The notes beneath the pieces are model-generated. The model made no database searches, was not told the DNA's origin, and saw only the letters and a list, made by a program, of their open reading frames with translations. Below are positions 1 to 11,555 of a stretch of DNA of 64,000 nt, piece by piece (the stretch's first letter is position 1; every line of letters begins with the position of its first letter). Where the stretch lies: contig NW_026515697.1 in NCBI RefSeq assembly GCF_025526975.1, forward strand, positions 310,001-374,000, in the 5' to 3' direction. This stretch comes from Fimicolochytrium jonesii. Lineage: Eukaryota. The position numbers were made by a program, and so were the translations under genes.

Positions 1-1691
1 TATCGCCCCGGTTCCCAGCAGCACCAAGCCGATGCCCTCTCCCGACGCTCCGAACATGAGCTAAAGGAGGGGGAAGAAGCGTTCTGCTCCCAGGCGACCA
101 CAATTCTGACTCCCGAACGCCTTCGACTCGCCGCGGCCTACCTCACACCCATGGATACTACGCTGGTTGACAAGATTAAGGCCGCCCAGGCCTCTGACCC
201 CCTCGCTAAGACCATCCGCAAAGAGCTCAAGATACCCCTTGCCCAACGGACGAAACCCAAGATCGTATCAAGCGGTTCTCAGATGAAGATGGGATCCTGC
301 TGCACGATAACCTTGTCTATGTCCCCACCAATGAGCTCCGAGCTGAAGTCTGCCACGACATGCACAATGCACCCCTAGTCGGCCACTTTGGGATGTCCAA
401 GACGCTCGAACTTGCCTCCCGCAACTACTGGTGGCCCAGCCAGTGGCGCTTCGTCAAGGCCTACGTCAAGTCCTGCGATATCTGTAGCCAAGCGAAATCC
501 AGTCGACACAAACCGTATGGCGTACTCCAGCCCAACATATCCCTACCCGCCCTTGGGAATCTTGGTCCCTGGACTTTATCACCGGTCTGCCTCCCGTTGA
601 TGGGTACGACTCCATCCTGAACGTCAACTGTCGCCTCACCAAGATGGCCCACTTCATCGCCTGCAGCGAGTCAAAATCCGCCGAACCCACCGCCGACCTA
701 GTCTTCCACAATATCATCCATCTCCACGGCCTCCCCGACGACATCATCTCTGACTGAGGACCCTAGTTCAAGTCCCGTTTCTGGCGTCGACTTCTCAAAC
801 TCCTTGGGGCGAAAGCCAACATCTCCTTGGCCTTCTACCCCCAGAGCGACGGCCAGACGGAACGCACCAACCAGACCCTGGAGCAGTATCTCCAATGCTT
901 TTGCAACCACCAACAGGACAAATGGAAACGGCTTCTGTCGTCCGCCGAGTTCGCCTACAAAAACACCCACCAGTCCGCTTCCCAGACCACCCCCTTCTAC
1001 GCAAACAAGGGTCTCCACCCCCGCTTCAGTTTCGCTGCCTCTGCTACCTCCGAATCCGTCAACCCCGCCGCTGAAGCCCACGCTAAACAAATCAGGGGAG
1101 TCCACGAACAGCTCGTCCTTGAGCTCAAGGAAGCGCAAGATCGAATGAAGCGCTACGCCGATGCTAAGCGAATTCCTGGACCGGACTTCAAGCCTGCTGA
1201 CCACGTCTGGCTCCTCCGCAAAAACCTCCAGACAACCCGGCCCTCTCAGAAACTCGACCATCGCAAGATTGGGCCATTTCCCATTGTTGAAAAGATCAAT
1301 CCAGTCGCCTACCGGCTCAAGCTCCTGCCTACGTACAAAATCCACGATGTCTTCCATGTCTCGCTCCTCGAACCCCGCTTCACCATCCCCAAACGACACG
1401 AACCCGAACCCGCGGCCCCAGAGACCGTTGAGGGTCGAGAAGAGTGGGTTGTCGAAGCCATCCTTGACTCTCGCATCCATCGTCGTCGCCTTCAGTACTT
1501 GGTCAAATGGCAGGGCTGGCCTGACTCCGAGAACACCTGGGAGCCCGTGGAACACCTCACCCATACCGACTGCACTCCTCAAGGACTTCCACAGCGCGTA
1601 CCCCAACAAGCCTTCCTCTGTCCCCGGTGCCCCTCCTCCGCGACCACACCAAACTCGGCGCCGCCGCCGCCGCCGCTAAAGAGAGGGGTGA
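1..1691 (+). mobile_element. Ty3/Gypsy chromovirus (Gy1, Tf1/sushi-like): degenerate 3' part of pol (RNase H end, integrase, chromodomain) plus PPT
   Basis: HNAPLVGHFG..CDIC zinc-binding motif, FYPQSDGQTERTNQ integrase core, GPF motif, chromodomain EEWVVEAILDSR..YLVKWQGWPDSENTWEP. Broken by stops and frameshifts. Purine tract aaagagagggg just before the LTR. Confidence 0.95.
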
Positions 1692-2236
1692 TTTTATGGT
1701 CGACGCGGCCATACCATAAGCTTACCCACTGACAGCCGCCAATGTGAACCACCAATGTCAAACGCCAATGTCAATGTCAATGTCAGTGTCAGTGTCAATG
1801 TCAGTGTCAATGTCAATGTCAATGCCACTCCCCCTCTCTCCTCTCATTTCGCCAATCCTTCCGCAATATTGCCGCTCCTCCTCTCTCCTCTCATTTCGCC
1901 AATCCCCCCTCGGCTTCTCCGCATCCCCCACCACTTCTCCATAGCCAGCAGCTGTAGCAATGCTCTCTACGCTCGCCTCGCAAGCTCTAGGAGCATAGCT
2001 GGCGCCCCCCCCAGTCCCCTGTTGTTGTTGTTGTTCTCTGGCCTGCTGGGTTGCCTATCTATAAATAGCCGGCCTGTCTTCGTCCATTCCCTTCCTCCCC
2101 AGCAGATCAACACCAGTTCTTCTCATCTCTTGTTCTAGTCCTTGTCTCTTGTTTCGCCAATACAATCTCTTGTCGCCCATCGCTCTCGCCTTGTCTTCTC
2201 TACTTCGCTTCCGCCTCAGTCGTCGAGATCATAACA
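1692..2236 (+). repeat. Gy1 LTR shared by two tandem elements
   Basis: Matches 22272-22813 and, inverted, 3208-3682 and 30185-30735. Ends CATAACA; 5' TG decayed to TT. PPT upstream and primer site plus gag downstream. Contains a (GTCAAT/GTCAGT)n array and TATAAATA at 2060. Confidence 0.93.
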
Positions 2237-3207
2237 GTTTGATCTGCTCCAACACTGCGAAGTTCAGAACCCGTCCAGCCCTGCATCTGCCACACCTTCT
2301 CGCCATGTCCCAATCCCCATCCATACCTTTCACCGCCAAGCAATGGAATGATATGTGCCAAGCCATTGCCGCCTTGCAAAGCCAAAACGCCAACTTGCAG
2401 GCCAACCTAGCGCAAGCCCAAGCCAACGCACGAGCTGCCCAGAATATTGAGGCCCAGGTCCAAGCCGATGCGTACACCCGTCCTCAAGTCACCAACCCTG
2501 CTCCCGGAGCTCTGGAGCCAAGAATCGGCTCGCCTGAGAAGTTTGATGGTACCCGCAGCAAATTCCGTGGGTGGTTGAACAACATCCGGTTGATGTTTGC
2601 TCTCCAGCCCGACCGCTACCCCAGCGACATCATCAAGATCCAAACGATTGGGACCCACCTCACCGGCACTGCGCAAGCCTGGATGGCGCCCCTAGTCGAA
2701 CGCCAGATCACAGCCTTCAGAACTTCGATAGTTTTATCGGTCAGATGCAATCTGTCTTCGGGGACAGCGACAGGGTCCGCACCTCCGAGAACAAGCTCCA
2801 GAACCTTCGCCAAACCCGTGCAGCCACCGAGTACGTTGCTGAGTTCCGCCAGCTACAATGCGATGTCTCCTGGAATGACCAGGCCCTGATTGCTACCTTC
2901 CGCCGTGGCCTCAAAGAGGACGTCAAGGATCTGATGCTCACGATGCCTCCTGCCGCCACCATTGATACGGTGATGGAGCAGGCTATCCAGTGCGATAACC
3001 GAGTGTTTGAGCGCCGCCTGGAACGAAACAGAACCCGCCAGACCTTCCCAGTTCCCCATGCCTCGTTTATCACTACCACCACTGTCGACCACAGCAAGCC
3101 CATGCAGATTGACGCCGCTCGTCCCCGCGGCCCTCTGAGCCCCCAGGAACGCCAGCGCCGCATTTCCAACAACCTCTGCCTCTACTGCGGTGGCGCAGGG
3201 CACATTG
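2237..3207 (+). mobile_element. Gy1 primer-binding region and frameshifted gag, truncated in the CCHC knuckle
   Basis: EPRIGSPEKFDGTRSKFRG; LQNLRQ..FRRGL retrotransposon gag; CLYCGGAGH cut by the inverted LTR. Homologous to 16355-17281. Confidence 0.92.
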
Positions 3208-3682
3208 TGTTATGATCTCGACGACTGAGGCGGAAGCGAAGTAGAGAAGACAAGGCGAGAGCGATGGGCGACAAGCGATTGTATTGGCGAAACAAGAGAC
3301 AAGGAGGGCCGGCCATTTATAGATAGGGAACCCAGCAGGCCAGAGAACAACAACAACAAGAGGGGACTGGGGGGGCGCCAGCTATGCTCCTAGAGCGTGC
3401 GTGGCGAGCGTAGAGAGCATTGCTACAGCTGCTGGCTATGGAGAAGTAGTGGGGGGTGTGGAGAAGCCGAGGGGAGATTGGCGAAATGAGAGGAGAGAGG
3501 AGGAGTGGCAATATTGCGGGAGGATTGGCAAAATGAGAGGAGAGAGGAGAAGTGGCATTGACATTGACATTGACACTGACATTGACACTGACATTGACAT
3601 TGACATTGGCGTTTGACATTGGCGGTTGACATTGGCGGCTGTCAGTAGGTAAGCTTATGGTATCGGCGCGTCGTCCATAATA
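3208..3682 (-). repeat. Gy1 LTR, inverted, with internal deletion
   Basis: Reverse complement of 1692-2236, lacking the segment after the TATA box. Flanks cattg/gcaag do not form a TSD. Confidence 0.93.
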
Positions 3683-4964
3683 GCAAGTACAGGAAGTTGT
3701 CAAGAAAGCGGTTGCCAAAATTGCATCGCAAATGGCCAAGGTGCAGATTAACAATGGCCAGTCCCCAGGAGGACCACCAAGGATCGGAGACGGAAAGTGT
3801 TACGCCTGCGGAGGCGACCACTTCAAGGACAACGTGGATCGCGAGACGGGGAGACCAGTATGCCCCAACAAACAAAGCCCCGAGGCGGGAAATGCCAATG
3901 CTGAGAAGCGGCATTTTACCCGCCAGGGCTAGGAGCCGAGAGCCTCCTAGTCCTGGAACCAACGGCTCTTGAGCAGGAAGACCCCGGAGAATCGCTGCCT
4001 CAAGACCAGGATGAAAGCCTGACCTTTCCTGCTCGGTCACCATCAGACCCGAGAAGAGGCAGTGATTCCGACTCCGAAAGCGACTGGGGGACGCGCGGAG
4101 AAATAACAACAGCTGACAAATCGTTACAACCCCAACACCTGTCCAAGTTGGGAGAAGAAAAACCCGACTCGGAGGACCCTGACCAAACACGCTACCCGTC
4201 TCCGCCACCCGAAAAGGAACTCTACTTGATCAACCTGGTTGACAAGAATGATTGGCAATTGCACCGGGACATCTTCCAGCAACTCGATGACGGACCCTGG
4301 GGAGGCCCACACAGCCACACTGTGGACCTCTTCGCCACAAAGCAGAACGCTCAAGTTTCAAGGTACTGCTCGGTCGACCAGACGGACACCAATGCAATTG
4401 CCCACGACGCCTTCAAGATTCGCTGGGACGCTGAGAATTGCTGGGCCAATCCCCCTTGGCTCGCCATTCAACAAGTGCTTGACAAGGTCGTCACGAACGG
4501 AGCGACCATTACGCTGATTACCCCCGTATGGTGAGAAGCTTCATGGTACCTTCAGCTCCTCACGCTCCTCATCGACTATCCGAAATTGCTGAACCACGAA
4601 CGAGACCTCTTTGCCAAGGGCGGCTTCTGTGAACACGATGAAGGTGTTTACGGGCTCCCACCCTGGGAACACACCGCAGCATGGAGAATCTCCGGTGACT
4701 CTGCTGCCATTCACCACTTCCGAGACCGGTTGCGCCAAGCGTGGACCTTCAAGACCGGCCCCCGCCATGTCAAGCGCCTGCCATTCCAAGACTGCTACGC
4801 AGGGACTCTGTCCTTTCTACGCGATCCGTTCCGGACAATCCTCTCCATCCGTCGATGCCCAACAGCAACAGCGGACAACAAAGGGGAGGAGGACGCCAAG
4901 GCGATGGCAATTGACACGGCCATATCGGAAGCACACAAGAAGGGTTCACTGGAAGAGATACTGC
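3683..4964 (+). mobile_element. Retroelement fragment: zinc-knuckle-like motif followed by a DIRS-type (Dam-like) N6-adenine methyltransferase domain; continues at 11414-11555
   Basis: CYACGGDHFK. DKNDWQLHRDIFQQL..GP..VDLFATKQN..DAF..W..WANPPW..VLDKV..LITPVW*EASW follows the DIRS MT pattern, with NPPW at 4448-4459. The reading frame resumes after the Co1 insertion (EEILL|LEKTVKPQKCK). Confidence 0.75.
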
Positions 4965-5209
4965 TGTTGGAGGTATCATCCTCCCGAGTCCCCGGTTAGG
5001 GTTCCCGTAGTTTATTTCCTCACGTGACTCCCCTCCTGCTTACGCCACGCTTCCGCGTATGGGACTTCACTCTTTTCTTCCCATTCGGACCTTGCGTCCT
5101 CTTTACACTTAAGACTTTTCTACACAAGACAATACATACTTCACAGTACTACATCACAAAACATGGAGTTCGCTCAGTCATCTGCTTCCTCTGCCGACTT
5201 TTGCTAAGT
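4965..5209 (+). repeat. Co1 5' LTR (TGTTGG...CTAAGT)
   Basis: Direct repeat of 11169-11413; immediately followed by the PBS. Confidence 0.95.
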
Positions 5210-8200
5210 GGTTATGAGCCCTGGCTTCGCCCGCAACTAGCGGACGTTCCAGGATGAAGAACTCACGGTCTCCAGTCACCGCTCTCTTAGTAAAGCACCA
5301 GGCCACCTAAAGATTCAACAACCCAACCTCAGAAGGGCTACGCAGCTGCAGTGACAGCCGGCAAGCCCTCTGCTCAGCCTACGCGGTCCCAAGGAGGAGC
5401 TCTCCTGGGCCCACTACCTGCGGCTACTAGAGGAGGAGGAAAGAAAGTTGAACAACCCCCTGTTAAGAGTTCTGAATCTATTAATCAGCGCTCTGGCATT
5501 GACTCACGTACTCCGCTTAATCAAGGCGTAGCCCGTCATGCCAACTTACGCAGTGAACCAACACCTACCCCGCCTTACAAAATGCCTGGTGAATTTGTGG
5601 ATGAGAAGAAGAGGAAAGAGGAACTTTCTGCTACTATTGCAGAATGGAAAGACGTAACCACGCCATATGTGGATGCGCCTGAATCACGCGGACATACCGG
5701 GACCGACCCCTTCCTGATGGATTCCATTCAGAAAGAACCTATGTCTGTCAAGCAGGAAGAGGAGATGCTTCAAATGAAGGATCAAATAGCCACCCTGACT
5801 GGATTGGTTACCTCATTCTTGAATTCGGGTCGAGTGCCACAACAAGGCGGACCTACCGTCCCCTCCGTGAACCCGCTCGCTCAGTTGCCTGTGAACAGCA
5901 CTCGATCTCAATATTCGACTAGCCCTGTCCAGGGAAATGTGCCATATATGACCTCTGTGTCGCCGGCACCCCATGCGCCTCCTCAGCGCGCTATGGCCTA
6001 CTCCGTCCCATATGCTTATAAAGCCCCGGAACGGCATCCTTACTTTCAAACCCGTTCTCAAAGCCCTCCTTTCGCTGAAATTCCACACGAAAGTGCATCT
6101 GTGAGACCTGTTACTCCTGTAACACCCCGTACGGCCGGCAAATCAGCTTCCAAAGTCTTCATCAACACTACCCTTAGTAAACTCAGCACCTACAACGGCG
6201 ACCCCAATGTTACCAAGCTTCAAGGGTTCCTTGATCACATCGACGTGATTATGAAGTACCAGATGATTTTGCCTTCCGAATGCGTAGACTTTGTCGTCAA
6301 CGCGCTCACTGGACCAGCTCTCCAGTGGTGGAAAAGCCTGCCTGAAAACGGCGCTTCTCCATAATTTCATGCCACGATATTCAAGACGCCTATGGACTGC
6401 CCCCGCAACTCGGATTACGCTCCGCGATGTTGAGGCGCTTCATTCACCGGACTCATCCGCCGCAAGTTCTTCACAGACTGCGCGCTCTGAAGCCCAAGTC
6501 AATTAACCATCAAGGTTTAACTGAATTCGTCGCCCAGTTCAACCTTTTGGCTGGACAACTCCCCGGGCTCCGGGAATACGTGCTCTGTGCCGACTTCCTT
6601 CAAGCCCTTCCTAAGAATCTTAGTACCCTGATCACTGCTCAGGCTCAGTACGACAATAGACTTGGTCCTTCTCAAGAAGCCGTGATTCGTATAGCAGCCC
6701 AGCTCAACGAGAAGACCCCGAGTACGCCTCAGTTGGGCGCATCCGCTGCCCACGTTACTTCCGCTCTTCCTCAGAAGAAGAAGAACAAATCCAAGACTTC
6801 CGGCTCTAGAGGCAACCCCTCTACCCAATTCTCATCTCATGACGCAACCAAGAAGCCTCCCCAGTGCAAATACTGCCAAAGGGACGGCCACAAGTCGGAA
6901 AACTGCTTTATTTACAAAGCTGTTAAGGATATCATGGACATGAACATGAAAACCAAGCAGGACGCACCCGCTGCAGCCTCTATGGCTTATGCCATGCACG
7001 TTCAAGTCCAACCACCCAACCACGACGTCCGCCTCTTCAAGGCGAACGTGGATTCCGGTTGTACGGATCATATGACCCCCTATATCAAGGATCTAGATCC
7101 ATCTTCTCTTCAAGACTACCAACGCCTTATTAGACTCGCGGATTCGACTACCATTACCTCTCAAAAGAAGGGTACCGTACTTATCCAACCTACGTCCGGC
7201 GGCAACGTTCTCACTCTTTGCGATGTTCTATTGGTTCCCAGTCTTGCCCAGCCGCTTATATGCGTTGCTAAACGCACTGATAACGGCGTCACCGTCTCCT
7301 TTCACCCCACCGACGTCGTTACGTTCAACACCGACCGACATTTACTCGCGATGGGAATGCGCGAAGGCGACGCGTACTATTTAGAAGGACGGGTTACTAC
7401 CACAAGCCCAATGCACATGCACTGGTCGCTTCCATAACCCCCCAATTTCTGCATCAACGTCTTGGACACCCTGAAAACCACATTCTCCCGGTTATGCCTA
7501 AGATAGTAGAGGATTGGCCTTCAGTGGGGGCTACGCCAGACTCCGGCGCACGCTGCGATCCATGCGCTCTCGGCAAAGCTAGCCGCCTTACCTTCCCTAA
7601 ATCGACATCCCAGCCACACAAACGCGGCGAGCTGATCCACAGCGATTTACAAGGTCCATTTCAGATTCACGGCATCGGCGGAGAGCGCTACAGTATCACG
7701 TTCCTCGACGACGGCTACGATTTCGCCCGTACCTACTCCATCAAGGACAAGGAGGCATCCACTATTACCGCAAGGTTTATGATCTTCCATAAGTGGCTCA
7801 AGAATTAAATTGGCGTCTCCCTCAAGATCCTGCGTACGGATAGGGGAGGAGAATACACTGGCGCGCTCACGTCGTATCTACACAAAAATGGGATTACCCA
7901 TGAGTCTACTGTCGCGTATTCTAGTCAACAAAACGGAAAAGCAGAGCGCCTCAATCGGACGTTGCTGGACCGCGTATGCGCGATCTTCGCGGACACTCAC
8001 CTTCTCCGCAAGCTCTGGCCGTACATCCTGGAGGCTGTCTCGTACCTGCACGACCTCTACCCGCATTCAGTTGCATCCCCGGACGCCAAATCGCGCTCCG
8101 AATTCCTTACCGGTCGCCGCCCAAGCATCGCGCATCTGCGCAAGCTCCGATGTCTCACGTACACTGTCATTCCACCCAAGGGCCGGCACAAGATGGCAAA

Positions 8201-8393
8201 TCGTGCTACCAAGACGTACCTAGTGGCCTATGCTCACCAACAAGGCACCAAAGGTTACTATGTCTGGGATCTAGTTCGCGACACTGTCGCCGTCTCACGT
8301 GACGTTCGTTTCGACAAATCTACTGGACTCCCTGAGCACCTTCGTCAAGATCCTGCTCTCCTAGATCTTCTAGAAGATGCTCCCACCTTGCAA

Positions 8394-8543
8394 GAGGAGT
8401 TCTTTATCGAACACATCCTTTCCGAAAGTCAACGCCGCGGCAAGAACGTCCAAAAGGAATACCTCGTCAAGTGGGTTGGTTTTACTACCCCTACCTGGCA
8501 ACCACGCTCTGATCTCATTGAGACTGAAGGATTGGATATCTGG
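8394..8543 (+). other. Chromodomain inside Co1 pol, between integrase and RT
   Basis: EEFFIEHILSESQRRGKNVQKEYLVKWVGFTTPTWQPRSDLIETEGLDIW. In frame with integrase and the start of RT in ORF 7962-9449; also present in the second copy at about 27365-27515 (-). Confidence 0.9.
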
Positions 8544-10242
8544 GAGTCTCGTCCAGACGCTTTCAATGCCCAAACCATTGAGGCCCTCTCGAACGCCTTC
8601 AACGCGCGTACCAAAGACACGCCTCAATCCGTCACTATGACCTGGCGACAAGCAATGACCTCCCCTCAATCAGCTGACTTCAAGCTCGCAGCTAATGAAG
8701 AGTTCCAAGCCCTAGTTGATAACGGGACTTGGGAGCTCATACCCCGTCCGCGAAATCAGCGCGTACTCGGTAGTACTTGGGTACTTCGTCAAATCTTCAA
8801 TCCGGACGGTACTTTCAAGAAATTCAAGGGCCGCGGCGTAGTTCAAAGTTTTCGTCTATCCAAGGGTATTGATTCTAACAACACCTACGCTCCAACCCTA
8901 CCCATGTCAGTTCTTCGCCTTTTCCTCTCCATAACCGTCTCTCTTGGTATGGAAATCCATCAACTCGACGTCCCCAACGCGTTCTTACGCAGCGATATCA
9001 ACGGACCCGTCTATGTTGAACAATTTTCAAGGCTACAAAGATCCGCAGAAACCGCGCGCAGACTGGGTATACCTCCTACCCAAAGCTCTATACGGTCTGA
9101 AGCAGTCTCCGCTTCTCTGGTACCGTACTCTTCGCGAAACCCTCAGTTCTCTCGGCTTTACCCCGTTAAAAACTGCCCTTGCGTCTTCTATTGCTACGCG
9201 ACCACGACGCGCACTCTGGACGCCCTCCAGATGTTCCTTATCTATGTGGACGATTTCATCGCCTGCTGCTTTCCCGTACACATCAAACAAGTGAAAGGTG
9301 AACTATGTTCTCATTTCAACTGTACAGATCTTGGTCCCATCAAGAACTGCCTGGGTCTAGTCTTCGATTACCAGCTCTCGCCGTCAGGGAACCAACTCAA
9401 AATCAGCAATGTTACCTATATTGACGGTTTACTCGAACGATTTGGATAACAAAACGCTACCCCGGTCTCTACGCCGTGCGCTGTCTCTGCGCGTACCCGA
9501 CCAGCCTCCGCAAGCCCCCCTTTTCATAGCAAACTTCTCTACCAGGAAGCAGTGGGGGCCCTCACGTGGGCATCCATTACCTGGCGCTGGGATATTTCAA
9601 CTGCCGTCGGCTTCGTCGCACGTCAAGTCTCAGCTCCTACTCAAGCCGACTGGAATGATGTACTTCGCATCATCCGCTACCTTAAAGGAACCCGCACCTT
9701 CGAGCTTACCTACAAGTCCGGTCATTCAGATCACGCTGGACTTCGCGTCTATACAGACGCCTCCTACGCAGACGATGTTAACGACCGCAAATCTACCGCG
9801 GGCATCGCCAGCTTCTTCAACGGCCAGCTTATCTACTGGAAAAGCACCAAGCAGAAGTGCGTAGCTCTCAGCTCCACGGAAGCTGAGTATATCGCCGCAT
9901 CCCTCGGTTACAACGAGGTCATCTGGCTCCGCTTGATCATCGCGGAGGTCTTCGGCGACGAATACGGCAACATCAAGGACCCCACGCCACACCACATCGA
10001 CAATCAGAGCGCCCGCAAGATTGCCAACTCCATGGCTATTACTCAGCGCTCCAAACACATCGACGTACGCTACCACAAGCTACGCAACGGCGTGGCGAAG
10101 AAAGACGTCGTACTCCTCGACACCGCGACGCAGGAACAACTGGCTGATTACTTTACAAAGCCCTTTCCTCCCAAAACACATACAAAGTTTATTCAAGCAA
10201 TTCAAGAAGGACGTGTCGCTAGCAATGGACAGCCGGCGACGA

Positions 10243-10905
10243 CTACGTCCGAATGAGACATACGGAACGCCCATACCGGGACGGCTTCAGGGCACTACAT
10301 ACGACTGCGGCTCCTCCTCCACCAGGCGGACCCCCTGGACCGCCTCCCCCGCCGTTTCCGTCACCGTCTCCATCCTCACTCGAAGACGAATCATCCATGT
10401 GCTTTCGCAAGTACTGGAGTCGCTTCACCATCTTGTCTCGCTCCCGACTCTCGACCGCATCACTGCGGCGCTTCGCCTCTTTCATCTTTTCTTTCGATAT
10501 GCCGCCTTTTGCCTTATATTGCGACTCCGAGACTGCCTTACGTCCAAGGTAGTCTGCCTCCTCCATCAATGCCTCGAACGACCCCTTCTTTCGCTTCGAT
10601 CGATCCAGTTTCGCCTTTGTAAACGCCAGGTGCTTCGCATGGTTCTCATGGTTATCCTTGCGGTACCTCAACATCGATACCTCCGTCGCCAATCGAAGAG
10701 CTTCTCTAACTCGGGCTTTCGACATCAAAGAGTCGCTTGCGGACGCTGCGGACGATGCGCGCGTAGAGCGCGTAGTCGGACGTGAGGGTCCCGGAGGAAT
10801 TGCAGCTGGAGGGGCTGCGGACGCTCCCGTCTTACGGGCCGTTTGCTTCTTCTTGCCGTCGCCGCTCTTCTTGCCACTCTCGCCGTTCTTGCCTCCGTTT
10901 GCCAT
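10243..10905 (-). CDS. Antisense accessory ORF of Co1 (220 aa; basic, helical, Ser/Gly/Pro-rich tail; function unknown)
   Basis: Uninterrupted ATG-started ORF between the pol end and the 3' LTR; aacaATGG start context; TATAAAA on the minus strand at 10999-11005. Confidence 0.6.
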   Translation of the reverse strand: MANGGKNGESGKKSGDGKKKQTARKTGASAAPPAAIPPGPSRPTTRSTRASSAASASDSLMSKARVREALRLATEVSMLRYRKDNHENHAKHLAFTKAKLDRSKRKKGSFEALMEEADYLGRKAVSESQYKAKGGISKEKMKEAKRRSDAVESRERDKMVKRLQYLRKHMDDSSSSEDGDGDGNGGGGGPGGPPGGGGAAVVCSALKPSRYGRSVCLIRT

Positions 10906-11168
10906 TGTTTCTCGTCTCGTGTGGTAGTCTGGGATACGGTAGCTGAGTATGGGGAATGTTGGTCTTACCTCTCTGGGGCGACTGACAGCTGTCTCTTGTT
11001 TTATACTCTTGGCGTTTCCCCCCTTCTTTCATTTTACTCTTTCATTTCTTTCATTTTAGTCATAGCTATTCACCCGACGTCCGCCCGCTTTTCGCGTACG
11101 GCCGCACCATTGTACTCATTGTTTAGATTTATCTTTCACTTAGATAGACTAGTGAGTTTGAGTGGGGG

Positions 11169-11413
11169 TGTTGGAGGTATCATCCTCCCGAGTTCCCGGT
11201 TAGGGTTCCCATAGTTTATTTCCTCACGTGACTCCCATCCCGCTTACGCTACGCTTCCGCGTACGGGACTTCCCTCTTTTCTTCCCTTTCGGACCTCGCG
11301 TCCTCTTTACACTTCAGACTTTTCTACACAAGATAATACATACTTCACAGTACTACATCACACAACATAGAGTTCGCTCAGTCATCTGCTTCCTCTGCCG
11401 ACTACTGCTAAGT
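11169..11413 (+). repeat. Co1 3' LTR
   Basis: Direct repeat of 4965-5209, preceded by the PPT. Confidence 0.95.
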
Positions 11414-11555
11414 AATGCTTCTGGAGAAGACAGTCAAGCCACAGAAATGCAAGGCATTGAAGAGAGAATTCCTCGACAGCCTTGTCTGAAAACAAGTCGG
11501 AACGGATGAGTACGATCCCAAGGCGCAATTCTTCCTGAAAGACTTGACGATAGTC

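Larger units (their letters stand above)
4965..11413 (+). mobile_element. Full-length but degenerate Ty1/Copia (Co1) with a chromodomain
   Basis: 245-bp LTRs at 4965-5209 and 11169-11413; PBS GGTTATGAGCCC; PPT gagtggggg; TSD actgc/aatgc (1 mismatch). Domain order gag, CKYCQRDGHKSENC, protease VDSGCTDHM, HQRLGH, integrase, chromodomain, RT (QLDVPNAFL, LYGLKQS, IYVDD), RNase H (YTDASYAD, SSTEAEY, KHIDVRYH, ADYFTKP). Confidence 0.96.

Noticed and set aside
1744..2138. ORFs with MSMSVS/NVNVSV/CQCQCQ runs (also near 3317-3754, 22309 and 30422)
   Set aside because: Translations of the LTR hexamer microsatellite, not proteins.
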